64,000 bases of DNA, taken from positions 14,343-78,342 of the forward strand of contig JARYLT010000002.1 of NCBI GenBank assembly GCA_029907515.1, read 5' to 3'. The notes under the pieces were generated by a model that worked only from the letters and a program-made list of their open reading frames with translations, had not been told where the DNA came from and ran no database searches. A program made the position numbers and the translations under genes. This document shows, in pieces, positions 9,792 to 20,090 of this stretch (the first letter of the stretch is position 1; every line of letters starts with the position of its first letter). The stretch is from Spirochaetota bacterium (lineage in GTDB: Bacteria; Spirochaetota; UBA4802; UB4802).

Positions 9792-10117
9792 AACTATCTC
9801 CTGATTGTATATTGTTAAGTACTCACTTCATGATATCAAAAAGTAATAGTATCATATATACTTGATTATCGAACACATGACCCATCATGATAATCTATTT
9901 TCAATGCTACCTGGTACAGTATACTTTTATTTTTACAGAATTTTAGATATATTTTAAAATATTCCATGTCAATGATTTAATTAAAAATTAATTTCTCAAC
10001 TAAAATTTGTAAACAAAATAACAAACCTTGTACATTACTGTTACCTGAGTCAGTTGAGGCTTGCAAATATACATGAGCAAATTTTTTAATAAAGAGCAAT
10101 TATCCAAAAATTTTTTA

Positions 10118-10148
10118 TTGACTTAATAAAATATTTATATGTTAAAAT
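10118..10148 (+). promoter_or_regulatory. Putative sigma-70 promoter of the second acyl-CoA ligase
   Basis: TTGACT ... TGnTAAAAT (extended -10; long spacer). Confidence 0.35.
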
Positions 10149-10207
10149 CTTAATGAACAATCAATCATAATACATTATAAAATATTACATATAAAAGAGG
10201 TAGAGGT

Positions 10208-12016
10208 ATGGGATACACACATTATTCGCAGGTATTCTGGGATCAGGTTAACAAATACGGCGACAGAGTAGCAATGCGGTATAAACCAAAAGATAGCTGG
10301 GTAGAATTTACCTGGAAGCAATTTGGTGATATGGTACACAATACCAGTAAGGCATTAATTGAATGTGGTATTGGCGAACAGGAAACAGTAGGAATATTTT
10401 CACAAAATATGCCCCAATGGTCAATAGCTGACATTGGTTCATTATGTATACGGGCAATCCCTGTTCCTATTTATGCAACCAACACTGCAAAACAGGCAGA
10501 ATACATCATCAACCATGCAGAAATAAAAGTTATATTTGTTGGGGATGCAGAACAATACTCCAAAGTAATGCAAATACTACCTGATAATAAATTTTTGCAG
10601 AAGGTTATAGTGTTCAAAGAGACTGTCCCAATACAAAAATCCGATAAAATATTGTATTTCAGCGATTTCTTAAAAATAGGGCAACAGTCCAACAAAGACA
10701 ATGAAGTCAAAGACAGGATGAGCAGAGGAACATTAGATGACCTTCTAACAATAATTTATACATCAGGGACCACCGGTGAACCAAAAGGTGTAATGTTAAC
10801 TCACTCAAATGCACTTTTTCAAAAAGAACAGCATGATTTACGTCTTATTGATCCAAATGAACATGATATATCACTGGCATTTTTGCCATTAAGCCATGTT
10901 TTTGAACGCATATGGACATACTATGTGTTTGCAAAAGGGATGACCAATAATTATCTGGAAGACCCGGCAAAGATCGTTGAATTTATTGGGGAAGTAAAAC
11001 CAACCATTATGTGCGCTGTTCCCAGATTTTATGAAAAGATTTATGCAACAGTATTTAACAGATTAGAAAGCGCTCCACCAGCCAAGCAAAAACTTTTCAA
11101 ATGGGCAGTCAAAGTAGGCGCACAGTATAATAACCGAAAAAAAGACCAGCTTTTTATATCACCAATGTTGCGTTTTAAACATAAAATAGCAGACACACTT
11201 GTACTCAAAAAAATACGGGACGTTGTGGGTGGTAGAATAAAATTCTTCCCCTGTGCAGGAGCTCCCCTTTCACAGGAAATTGAAGAATTCTTCTATGCCT
11301 GTGGCATATTTATTTGCTATGGTTATGGATTAACTGAAACTACTGCAACCGTTACCTGCCATGAACAATATCATTTTAAATTTGGTGCAGTAGGCAAACC
11401 ACTTCCCAATGTAGAGGTCAAGATTGATCCTGCTAACGGTGAGATATTAGTACGTGGCGGCAATGTCATGAAAGGCTATTACAAAAAGCCAGAGGCTACG
11501 GCTGAAGTACTTTCATCTGATGGATGGTTCAGAACCGGCGATGCTGGATTCTTTGAAGAAAATGGCGAACTAAGGATTACCGAGCGAATTAAAGACCTCA
11601 TGAAAACATCAGGGGGGAAATATATTGCTCCTCAGATGATAGAAAGTACCATTGGCGCCGACCATTTTATTGAACAGATAGCGGTCATTGGCGACCAGCG
11701 AAAGTATGTTACTGCACTCGTGGTACCTTCATTCCTGGCTCTTGAAGAATATGCAAAAGCTCATAATATATCTTATACAAGTAAAGAAGATCTCATTTCA
11801 AAACCTGAGATCATTGAATTTTACCGGCAGCGAATAGATGAAGCACAGAAGGAATTTGCACGGTTTGAAAAGATTAAAAAATTTACTCTTCTTCCTCAAG
11901 AATTTACCGTCGAATCGGGCGAGATAACTCCAACATTAAAACTTAAACGTAAAGTTATTGCCGAAAAGTATAAAGATATCATTGATGCAATGTACAGGGA
12001 TGATAAGGGTGAATAA
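10208..12016 (+). CDS. fadD: Long-chain fatty acid--CoA ligase (FadD/ACSL type)
   Basis: YTSGTTGEPKG, GYGLTET, WFRTGD, RIKDLMKTSGGKYIAP, TPTLKLKR. Confidence 0.9.
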   Translation: MGYTHYSQVFWDQVNKYGDRVAMRYKPKDSWVEFTWKQFGDMVHNTSKALIECGIGEQETVGIFSQNMPQWSIADIGSLCIRAIPVPIYATNTAKQAEYIINHAEIKVIFVGDAEQYSKVMQILPDNKFLQKVIVFKETVPIQKSDKILYFSDFLKIGQQSNKDNEVKDRMSRGTLDDLLTIIYTSGTTGEPKGVMLTHSNALFQKEQHDLRLIDPNEHDISLAFLPLSHVFERIWTYYVFAKGMTNNYLEDPAKIVEFIGEVKPTIMCAVPRFYEKIYATVFNRLESAPPAKQKLFKWAVKVGAQYNNRKKDQLFISPMLRFKHKIADTLVLKKIRDVVGGRIKFFPCAGAPLSQEIEEFFYACGIFICYGYGLTETTATVTCHEQYHFKFGAVGKPLPNVEVKIDPANGEILVRGGNVMKGYYKKPEATAEVLSSDGWFRTGDAGFFEENGELRITERIKDLMKTSGGKYIAPQMIESTIGADHFIEQIAVIGDQRKYVTALVVPSFLALEEYAKAHNISYTSKEDLISKPEIIEFYRQRIDEAQKEFARFEKIKKFTLLPQEFTVESGEITPTLKLKRKVIAEKYKDIIDAMYRDDKGE

Positions 12017-12051
12017 AAAAAAACGGCGCTTCAAAAAAGCGCCGTTTTTTT
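12015..12051. terminator. Bidirectional terminator between convergent fadD and fadH
   Basis: A9-cggcgctt-loop-aagcgccg-T7. Confidence 0.85.
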
Positions 12052-12059
12052 ATCTACTG

Positions 12060-14078
12060 TTAAACCTTTGCCACCTGTTGCAGGTTAGCTATCGCTAAAA
12101 ATGCTTCATGAATAGCATCATTTATTTTTCCTATCTTTTTGGAATCGCCAATGACCGTGTGCGAAATACCAGCTTTCTGTAATTCATTCCCCAGTGGATT
12201 AAACGACCTTGAGCCAACTGCAATAACCACATTATCAAATTCCTGTGTTACCACATTGTTGTCCTTTGAAAAAATTACAGCTTTACCAGTAATTTCAGTG
12301 ACCCTGGCAGAAGTAATCACATTAACACCAAATTTTTCTAATTCCAATTTCATTATCCACTTTGTTGATCTGCCAACATCCTTACCAATAGAAGGAAGCA
12401 TCTCAATAATGGTGACAGTACTGGTACCCTGTGTTTTTAACTCTTTCAATCGTTCCACAGGTTCTGCTTCAAAAAACATCAAAAAATGCAGGACTTCAGG
12501 CGACAAAGTGCCCTTATTTGCAATAAACAGTGCTGTTTCTATACCAACAGCTCCTCCACCTATCACTGCAACATTGCGCCCCAATTTTGGGTTATTTTGC
12601 AAAATGTCCCAGGCTGAATATACATGTGGGCTATCAATTCCTTTAATGGGTGGTTTTATTGGTTCTGCACCTGTAGCAACAATCACATGATCAGGCTTCT
12701 TTTTGTTTATAAGATCAATTGTTACTGCGGTATTCAAATGTACCGGTATTGAATATTCTTCTATCATTGCCTTGTAGTAACGGATAATCTCCAGTAATTC
12801 CTGCTTATTGGGTGGTGCTGCAGCTATAAACAACTGACCACCAATTTCATGTTCTTTTTCAAAAATTTCAACTTCATGTCCTGCCTCTTTTGCCCGTACT
12901 GCTGCTTCAAGCCCAGCAGGTCCTGCACCCACAACCATAATCTTCAACGGATGAGAAGTTTTTGCAATAGAGCGTTCAAACTCATACCCCGCGCATGCAT
13001 TTAAAATACATCCTACTGGCATACCGCTGAATAATGTATCAGTGCAACCCTGATTACAACCCACGCATGGCCGTATCAATTTTGCTTTTCCCTGCATAGC
13101 TTTCTTTGGCCAATACGGATCAGCAATCAGTACTCTTCCCAGGTTGACCATATCAGCCATACTATCGCGAAGTATCCTCTCAGCCTCAACAGGTGAGCTG
13201 ATTCTGTTGGAAGCCATTACTGGCACATTTACTGCCTTTTTAATATTGGCAGCAAGATATGCATACCCTGCACGTGGCAATTCCATGGGCAGTTGTGGAA
13301 CCTTAGCTTCATGCCATCCACCGGTAACATTAATGATATCCACACCTGCTTCTTCATATACTTTAGCAAACAACGGTGTTTCTCTGCTTGTGTTACTTCC
13401 CGGAACAAAATCATTCCCCGCCATCCGTATGCTTATGGGGAAATCCTTTCCCACTGCCTGCCTAACTTTTTCAATCACCTCTCGAGGGAAGCGCACCCTG
13501 TTTTCAAATGAGCCGCCATATTTGTCTGTTCGCTTATTTGTTATGGGCGATAGAAACTGTGTAATGAGATACCCTGCAGAAGCAATAATCTCAACGCCGT
13601 CAAAGCCAGCTTCCTTTACACGCAGCGCAGCATCAACATATGCTTTCTGGACAATTTCTATATCCTCCAGTGTCATTTCCCTGGGTGTCTGTTTTGAGTA
13701 TTTTGAATACACCGCTGAAGGAGCAACAGGCTGTATGCCATCTGTGAGCATTGAATAGGAATAAGCCCCAGCATGAAACAGTTGCACAAATGTCCGCGCA
13801 CCTTCATTTTTTATTATCTGTGCCAATTTTGCAAAATCAGGAATCCTGTCATCTGATGCCAGTGATAAGGCAATCCTGCCAGATCCTGCAATATCTATTC
13901 CAACCGGCCCCACAGTAACAAGGCCTGCACCACCTTTTGCTTTTTCCCTGAAATATTCATAGTACCGATCATTCAAAGTACCATCATATGAATATAGTAG
14001 CCCTAAAGCAGGGTAAGCAATCCTGTTTTTGATTTCCAATGTATTAATGGTTATTGGTGTGAAAAGAAGTTGATACAT
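12060..14078 (-). CDS. fadH: 2,4-dienoyl-CoA reductase-like NAD(P)H:flavin oxidoreductase
   Basis: OYE-like barrel with SAGYL (no His), CVGCNQGC..C Fe-S motif, GAGPAG and GGGAVG Rossmann motifs; start placed at ATG 14078 after AGGAGG. Confidence 0.8.
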   Translation of the reverse strand: MYQLLFTPITINTLEIKNRIAYPALGLLYSYDGTLNDRYYEYFREKAKGGAGLVTVGPVGIDIAGSGRIALSLASDDRIPDFAKLAQIIKNEGARTFVQLFHAGAYSYSMLTDGIQPVAPSAVYSKYSKQTPREMTLEDIEIVQKAYVDAALRVKEAGFDGVEIIASAGYLITQFLSPITNKRTDKYGGSFENRVRFPREVIEKVRQAVGKDFPISIRMAGNDFVPGSNTSRETPLFAKVYEEAGVDIINVTGGWHEAKVPQLPMELPRAGYAYLAANIKKAVNVPVMASNRISSPVEAERILRDSMADMVNLGRVLIADPYWPKKAMQGKAKLIRPCVGCNQGCTDTLFSGMPVGCILNACAGYEFERSIAKTSHPLKIMVVGAGPAGLEAAVRAKEAGHEVEIFEKEHEIGGQLFIAAAPPNKQELLEIIRYYKAMIEEYSIPVHLNTAVTIDLINKKKPDHVIVATGAEPIKPPIKGIDSPHVYSAWDILQNNPKLGRNVAVIGGGAVGIETALFIANKGTLSPEVLHFLMFFEAEPVERLKELKTQGTSTVTIIEMLPSIGKDVGRSTKWIMKLELEKFGVNVITSARVTEITGKAVIFSKDNNVVTQEFDNVVIAVGSRSFNPLGNELQKAGISHTVIGDSKKIGKINDAIHEAFLAIANLQQVAKV

Positions 14079-14086
14079 ATAGCCTC

Positions 14087-14111
14087 CTAAACATAACACT
14101 GTTATGTTTAG
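14087..14111. promoter_or_regulatory. Perfect 25-bp palindrome, candidate operator at the fadH RBS
   Basis: ctaaacataaca-c-tgttatgtttag. Confidence 0.6.
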
Positions 14112-14285
14112 ATTCTACCACATTACCACTTTATATTACAACTTTTTTTACAGAATTAATAATAAAAAAATTTTACTATCATTTACCAACATATCTATTA
14201 TTATGTGCTACTATATGTTTTAATAGATTTTCATTATCATATATGCAAATTTTAGTTTATATTTTTTAAAATCAGCATACCATAC

Positions 14286-15167
14286 TTGAGTAATGGAATT
14301 CATACAATGATTACACCTCATACCAAAGGCATTCTTTACGTACTTCTTTCTGCAGTTACATTTTCTCTATCAACAGTATTTGCAAAATATATTACCAGTA
14401 CATCCCCCATTCATGGTATTGAAGTATCTTTTGTAAGATTTCTCATTGGATTTATTATCTCTTCAGGGTATATTATCATTCACAAGATGAGTATTCGCCC
14501 TAATCATATACCGCTGGTGCTTACTCGGGCTGTATCAAACACTGTAGCAGTAATACTTTTTTTTGTTGGCGTTCAATATACAACCGTAACCAATGCAAAT
14601 ATGCTCAATATGACATATCCTGTTTTTGTATTTGTGCTTGCTCCTTTGTTTAATAAGGAACGCATTGTAAAAATTAATTTCTTGTATCTTATGATAACAC
14701 TCATTGGAACCTATCTCGTGATACTACCACATTACAGTACCATTAATATTGGTGACATATATTCATTTCTATCGGCAATTATTTCTGCTATTGCTGTGGT
14801 AGCACTGCGTGAATCGCGAAAATATGATAGTACATCAATAATTTTGTTCCACCTTATGAGTATTGGGCTTGTAATAAATGGTATTGCCATGATCCCGGTA
14901 TTTACAATTCCAGATACTGTCACATTTGTTTATATGCTGCTTTCAGGTTTAAGTGCATATTTAGGACAGGCTTTTTTCACTGCTGGATTTAAGTTTATTG
15001 ATGCGACAAGTGGTTCAATAGTATCTTCAAGCAGGATATTTATTGCAGCATGCATGGGGATATATTTTTTCAATGACGCATGTACCACTAACATTATTGT
15101 TGGCGGTTTGTTAATCACAGTGGCTTTAATAGGCGTGAGTCTACAGGAACACAAAGATATACATTAA
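14286..15167 (+). CDS. DMT/EamA family transporter
   Basis: About 10 TM segments in two EamA-like repeats; start may be ATG 14307. Confidence 0.88.
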   Translation: MSNGIHTMITPHTKGILYVLLSAVTFSLSTVFAKYITSTSPIHGIEVSFVRFLIGFIISSGYIIIHKMSIRPNHIPLVLTRAVSNTVAVILFFVGVQYTTVTNANMLNMTYPVFVFVLAPLFNKERIVKINFLYLMITLIGTYLVILPHYSTINIGDIYSFLSAIISAIAVVALRESRKYDSTSIILFHLMSIGLVINGIAMIPVFTIPDTVTFVYMLLSGLSAYLGQAFFTAGFKFIDATSGSIVSSSRIFIAACMGIYFFNDACTTNIIVGGLLITVALIGVSLQEHKDIH

Positions 15168-16114
15168 TCTTCTATAAAACCTCGCATCATCATGTCTACG
15201 CTACTTGCCAGTGCTTCTAAATCATAGCCACCTTCAAGAAATGCTATCATTCTACCCCCACTGAATTCATTTGCAACCTGCTTTAACAGGACAGTAAATT
15301 TATAGTATGACTCAGAGGTAAGCCCTATGTATGATAAGGGGTCGGCATTGTGAGCATCAAAACCAGCTGAAATAAGGATAATATCAGGTTCAAATTTCAT
15401 TAATGCAGGAACTATCTGATTCTTAAACACATCTAAATATTCAGGTTCACTACTACCTGCCGGCATCGGGAAATTAAGCGTATATCCTTCGCCCTCACCT
15501 TTACCCCGTTCACTGCGGGCACCGGTTCCAGGATAATGAGGATACTGATGTGTGCTGATGTACAGTACAGTTTTATCACGCTCAAAGGTGTGCTGCGTTC
15601 CATTACCATGGTGTACATCCCAATCAACTATCGCAATTTTCTTTAACCCATGCTCTACCTGTAAATATTTAGCTGCAATGGCAATATTATTGAATATACA
15701 AAATCCTGCAGCATAGTCATACTCAGCATGATGACCGGGCGGTCGTACTGCACAAAAGCCGCGTATTGCTTCTCCCGACATTATAGTATCACACATGTTA
15801 AGGCTGCCACCCACCGCAAATAGCGCAACCTCATACGAACGCTTGCATACGGCTGTATCCATAGAATCCAAATAATGTATACCTGATTCTATCTCCTGCT
15901 TTACGCGTTCAATGTATTCCGGAGAATGCACCAGTTCTATATACCGCTTTGCTCCAATTTTTGGTTCAACTTTAATCAGGGATTTATAATATGTCTGCTG
16001 ACGCAATCGCTGATCTATAGCTGCCAGCCGCTCAGGTCTTTCCGGATGACCCCATCCTGTATCGTGGTCCATATATACAGGATCAAAAAGGTATGCAGTA
16101 GGTACCATAAACAC
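15164..16114 (-). CDS. Zn-dependent histone deacetylase-family protein
   Basis: HPERPER, RPPGHHA, DWDVHHGNGT, SAGFD, LEGGY. Confidence 0.95.
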   Translation of the reverse strand: MFMVPTAYLFDPVYMDHDTGWGHPERPERLAAIDQRLRQQTYYKSLIKVEPKIGAKRYIELVHSPEYIERVKQEIESGIHYLDSMDTAVCKRSYEVALFAVGGSLNMCDTIMSGEAIRGFCAVRPPGHHAEYDYAAGFCIFNNIAIAAKYLQVEHGLKKIAIVDWDVHHGNGTQHTFERDKTVLYISTHQYPHYPGTGARSERGKGEGEGYTLNFPMPAGSSEPEYLDVFKNQIVPALMKFEPDIILISAGFDAHNADPLSYIGLTSESYYKFTVLLKQVANEFSGGRMIAFLEGGYDLEALASSVDMMMRGFIED

Positions 16115-16196
16115 CCCGCATATTCAATAATTGTTTTACAAAACCAAATAAAATGTTTTATAAAAAGTCAAGTACTTTAAAAAATAGGTTTTACAA

Positions 16197-16841
16197 TCAC
16201 AAAGGATATCTAACCCCTAACCGTATTACCAGCCCTGACATATCCAGTTCTAAATCGCCGCTTTTTAGAGGTAAACTGCGATATCCAGCTTCAGCATAAA
16301 AATCAACCTTTGAATCAGCAGCCGGCTTTAACGAAGCTCCAAAAAACAATTCCCAAGATAGTCCGCTAAAAAGTTTGGTGATAGAATCCGCATTATATGA
16401 TTTACCAGTATTTGAATCAGTAAAATCAGGCTGTGAATAATGCAATATCATGAATGAATAGCCCAGGCCAATGGTTACAAAAGGTGTTACATACAGCTTA
16501 TCCTTTAAGTTTGGCAGGCGTACCTGTGCGTTGAACATCATAGGTATAAGATAGGCATTGGTATCTGCTTTAACATCCACAAACACTGAACCTTGCTGTT
16601 TAACACCAATCTTTCTGTCCCATTTTACCCAGTAAAATCCAGATTCCAAACCGGTAACAAAGTATGGGTCAAGAAGCCAGTTGTAATGTAAAGAAATATC
16701 CAGCCCATATTTTGCAGGATCATCGGCATACGATGTCCCCAGGGTACCGTTCAATTCGGAATTGGCAGCAAATACATTAGAACTTGCAATAATCATAATA
16801 ATTAAACTAAAGATTAAAAATGATATCCTCTTCATATTCAT
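16197..16841 (-). CDS. Putative outer-membrane beta-barrel protein
   Basis: Signal peptide, alternating amphipathic strands, C-terminal LGVRYPL beta-signal-like end. Confidence 0.65.
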   Translation of the reverse strand: MNMKRISFLIFSLIIMIIASSNVFAANSELNGTLGTSYADDPAKYGLDISLHYNWLLDPYFVTGLESGFYWVKWDRKIGVKQQGSVFVDVKADTNAYLIPMMFNAQVRLPNLKDKLYVTPFVTIGLGYSFMILHYSQPDFTDSNTGKSYNADSITKLFSGLSWELFFGASLKPAADSKVDFYAEAGYRSLPLKSGDLELDMSGLVIRLGVRYPL

Positions 16842-17120
16842 AGTTTCTCCTGCTGTTAAATATTTTTTTAACCATACCTTCAGAGCTATTGTCTGTCAAC
16901 ATCAATTTAATGTAAACCATTTTACAATTGCAATCATAGTATTAAAATCATGTATCACATGTATTAAACTATTCCTGAAAGATTTTTTGCAATTTTTTTA
17001 AATATTATCTATTATTAATCCATAAAAATTATTGATTATTTACATTATTTATGTAAATCTTGTTCCATCTTTTTTTACATAACCCAAAATGCCGTACTAT
17101 ATTATTCAAGGAATATCATT

Positions 17121-17744
17121 ATGAAAAAATTAACAGTGCTTTCATTATTTCTTTTTATTATTTCATGTACATCAGTAGACAAATCGGTATACATAAAAGA
17201 TAAACAGGCATTGCAAAAGCCTATACGTATAGCGGTTTTAACTTTTATGGACGCCCCAAAATATCCTGGTTCAGGAGTAAGTATTGCTGATGCATTGACC
17301 AGTGAACTGGTACAGATATCTAACTGGGATCTGGTGGAACGTTCACAGATAGAAAAAATCTTAAAAGAAAAATCACTTGATATGACTGGATTAACCGATT
17401 CTCAGCTTACCGATATTGGCAAATTAGCAAAAACTGACTATATCATAGTGGGAAGTGTATCAGATTATTATTATGACAGGCAATTTTATATTGTACCAAA
17501 AACAAAGATAGCATTTAATGCCCGTATTATCAATACACAAACAGGCAGTATTGTAGGAACTTTACGCTATAACCGTGAAACCAACAAGAATGCATGGTGC
17601 GGATGTTGTCTTTTAGGATGGTATTATCTGCCAGTGCTGTTGTTAACGGATCAGAATATTAATACAGATGTAAGCAAAGCTGCTCGTGATGTGGTAAGGG
17701 CTATAGAAAAGGATATTAGCGGTAAAAAAGGTTGCTGCATATAA
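17121..17744 (+). CDS. Lipoprotein, CsgG/HfaB-like (TolB-N-type) fold
   Basis: Lipobox IISC; RIAVLTF, LVERSQIEKILKE, IGKLAKTDYIIVGSV pattern. Confidence 0.7.
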   Translation: MKKLTVLSLFLFIISCTSVDKSVYIKDKQALQKPIRIAVLTFMDAPKYPGSGVSIADALTSELVQISNWDLVERSQIEKILKEKSLDMTGLTDSQLTDIGKLAKTDYIIVGSVSDYYYDRQFYIVPKTKIAFNARIINTQTGSIVGTLRYNRETNKNAWCGCCLLGWYYLPVLLLTDQNINTDVSKAARDVVRAIEKDISGKKGCCI

Positions 17745-17760
17745 TTATTGCATCCCCTTT

Positions 17761-17931
17761 TTACTGATAGCTATCTATAATAGTTCCCAGGCCTTCAACA
17801 CTGACATGTGAGATTACGTTTGCTTTTACCATCTTTTCACTTAATCCAGTACGTACTGCAGCCAGCCCCTTAAGTAAATTGTTGAGCTGTTCTATGCTCT
17901 GTTCTATTGCTGTTATGTGTTGTGCCATCAT
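17761..17931 (-). CDS. Small protein, YjfB-like putative motility protein
   Basis: AAGGAGG RBS; C-terminal GLGTIIDSYQ resembles the G..ID.Y end of YjfB-like proteins. Confidence 0.55.
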   Translation of the reverse strand: MMAQHITAIEQSIEQLNNLLKGLAAVRTGLSEKMVKANVISHVSVEGLGTIIDSYQ

Positions 17932-17970
17932 GACACCCTCCTTTGTGTCAAACATTAATTTCTATTTGCA

Positions 17971-17997
17971 ATATCGACTAAATCTGCTATATTCTTA
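17971..17997 (-). promoter_or_regulatory. Sigma-28 (FliA/SigD)-type promoter
   Basis: Minus strand TAAG-N15-GTCGATAT versus consensus TAAA-N15-GCCGATAT. Confidence 0.55.
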
Positions 17998-18265
17998 ATA
18001 CAATATTTTTGTAGAAATTTTTGTATTTTTTTTTAAATTATCTTCCCATATATTATTAACTTAATTCCATAGTACAACACAATACTTTGATATGGGTGTT
18101 TTTAAGGGATGGAAAGCAGCCACAAACTGGCAAAAATGTTTGCAACTTAACCCCTTAAAAAGGAAATGCGTGATGATTTTATCAAAAAACGGTTGCTACA
18201 GCCTATCAAAGCATGGAATAAGGGTGAAATAAATACATTTTATTTTCAGAAGGAGACTCTTCATA

Positions 18266-20086
18266 ATGAAAATTAGCAATATATATTTAGCAGTGTATAC
18301 GTTTATTTTGTTTATGATTTTATCTGTAAATTATGGATACGCTGATACTAACATTACAATCCATCCTGATAAGAAAGTACTGAATGTAAAACCAAATGCA
18401 AAAGCCTGTGCTATTGTACACATAGAGCTACCTTCAAAAGGCTATATCTATGCAAACCCCAAAGGTGAGGGAACTGGTAAAGCTACAACCGCGTATGCAA
18501 AACCAACGCAACACATAGTACCCGAAAAAACGCGTTATCTTCCAGGGACCCTGTATATTTCACCTCTTGACAGCAAACCGGTATATATTTACAATAAGCA
18601 CACTGCACTCTGTATCCCATTTGAAGTAAAAACTACGCATGAGGGTACGTATTCATTATCAATCACTATTGAGGCATTATATTGCAATGATGTATCCTGT
18701 ACCCCTATACAGCAAACTATCACCCAGATAATTGACGTCAACACATCAGCACCCGAATTTGATACTTCACTATGTACCATGTATAAAGTGCCTGAAGCTA
18801 TAATTCATACAGTAAACAAAAAGGATTTACCCGGTCACTTTAATGTAATAGATGCAGGCAGTACTCCAACATCAAGTTTATTTCACGCTATCATGTTTGG
18901 CATTCTTGCAGGCTTTTTGCTTAACTTTATGCCCTGTGTGCTTCCTGTAATTAGTCTTAAAATTTTAAGTTTTATATCCTATGGCAATAACAAACCAGGC
19001 CAGGTACGAATCATGGGATTGCTTTTTACCGCAGGGATTCTCACATCATTTCTGGCATTAGCATCCCTGGCAGCATTTGCTGGTTATAACTGGGGAGAGC
19101 TTTTTCAGCATAAAATGTTTATTATTATCATGGCAGCAATAATTTTTGCACTGGCATTATCGTTTTTTGGTGTGTATACATTTAATATTCCACAACTTCC
19201 ACAATTGCAAAGTGCCAATATGTACGTAGATTCCTATTTCAAAGGCATAGTTGCCACACTACTTGCTACCCCCTGTAGCGGTCCATTTTTAGGGGCTACA
19301 CTGGCATGGTCATTAACGCAGCATCCTTTTATAATTTTTATGGTTTTTATTAACATAGGCCTTGGTATGTCACTGCCATACCTGCTTTTATCATTCTATC
19401 CATCACTTATCAGGTTCATCCCCAAACCTGGTGATTGGATGATAACATTTGAGCAATTCATGGGATTTTTGATGATTGCCACCACCATGTATCTTATAAC
19501 ATTACTTGATGCAAGCACTCTAACAAAAACTATTTGGTTTTTATTACTTGTATCCATTGGGTTATGGCAATGGGGACGGTTTGGGAATATAACAAAACCA
19601 TCTATACAGCGAATAATTTCATTTGTTGTACTTGTGCTACTTGTTGTTTCAGCAAGCATGATATTTTCTTCCAAAAAAACGTCTCAAGCTGAAATAACCT
19701 ACAAGCCTTATGACTGGGAGGCGATAGTTCATAACAATACATCACAGGTTGCAATGGTCATTTTTACTGCACAGTGGTGCCCAAACTGCAAATTTGTTGA
19801 AGCAACAGCATTAACATCTTCAGATGTTATCGAATTTATTCATAAGAATAATATTGCTGTATACAAAGCCGATATTACCACAAAGAATCCCCCAGCAGAG
19901 ACCATACTGCAGCAACTGGGTTCACGATCGATACCCTTTGTAGCTATATTCCCTTCAGGGGATAATTTTTCACAACCTGTTATCCTGCGTGATATTTATA
20001 CATCAAAGGATTTATTGAAGGCTTTGCAAAAAGCCATTGAATTAAGCAAACAATCAGAGTTTCCCCAACTTTTAACTATCCCTTAA
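18266..20086 (+). CDS. DsbD-like thiol:disulfide interchange protein
   Basis: N-terminal CNDVSC, TM domain with LNFMPCVLP and ATPCSGP, C-terminal thioredoxin WCPNC. Confidence 0.9.
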   Translation: MKISNIYLAVYTFILFMILSVNYGYADTNITIHPDKKVLNVKPNAKACAIVHIELPSKGYIYANPKGEGTGKATTAYAKPTQHIVPEKTRYLPGTLYISPLDSKPVYIYNKHTALCIPFEVKTTHEGTYSLSITIEALYCNDVSCTPIQQTITQIIDVNTSAPEFDTSLCTMYKVPEAIIHTVNKKDLPGHFNVIDAGSTPTSSLFHAIMFGILAGFLLNFMPCVLPVISLKILSFISYGNNKPGQVRIMGLLFTAGILTSFLALASLAAFAGYNWGELFQHKMFIIIMAAIIFALALSFFGVYTFNIPQLPQLQSANMYVDSYFKGIVATLLATPCSGPFLGATLAWSLTQHPFIIFMVFINIGLGMSLPYLLLSFYPSLIRFIPKPGDWMITFEQFMGFLMIATTMYLITLLDASTLTKTIWFLLLVSIGLWQWGRFGNITKPSIQRIISFVVLVLLVVSASMIFSSKKTSQAEITYKPYDWEAIVHNNTSQVAMVIFTAQWCPNCKFVEATALTSSDVIEFIHKNNIAVYKADITTKNPPAETILQQLGSRSIPFVAIFPSGDNFSQPVILRDIYTSKDLLKALQKAIELSKQSEFPQLLTIP

Positions 20087-20090
20087 AGGC

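Noticed and set aside
9792-10207. About 400-bp intergenic region examined for riboswitch, ncRNA or tRNA
   Set aside because: AT-rich divergent promoter region with no recognisable RNA motif; only a weak ATGA-N8-TCAT dyad at 10153-10168
15164-16114. Histone deacetylase as a sign of eukaryotic gene transfer
   Set aside because: Zn-dependent HDAC-family deacylases are widespread in bacteria; motifs are ordinary
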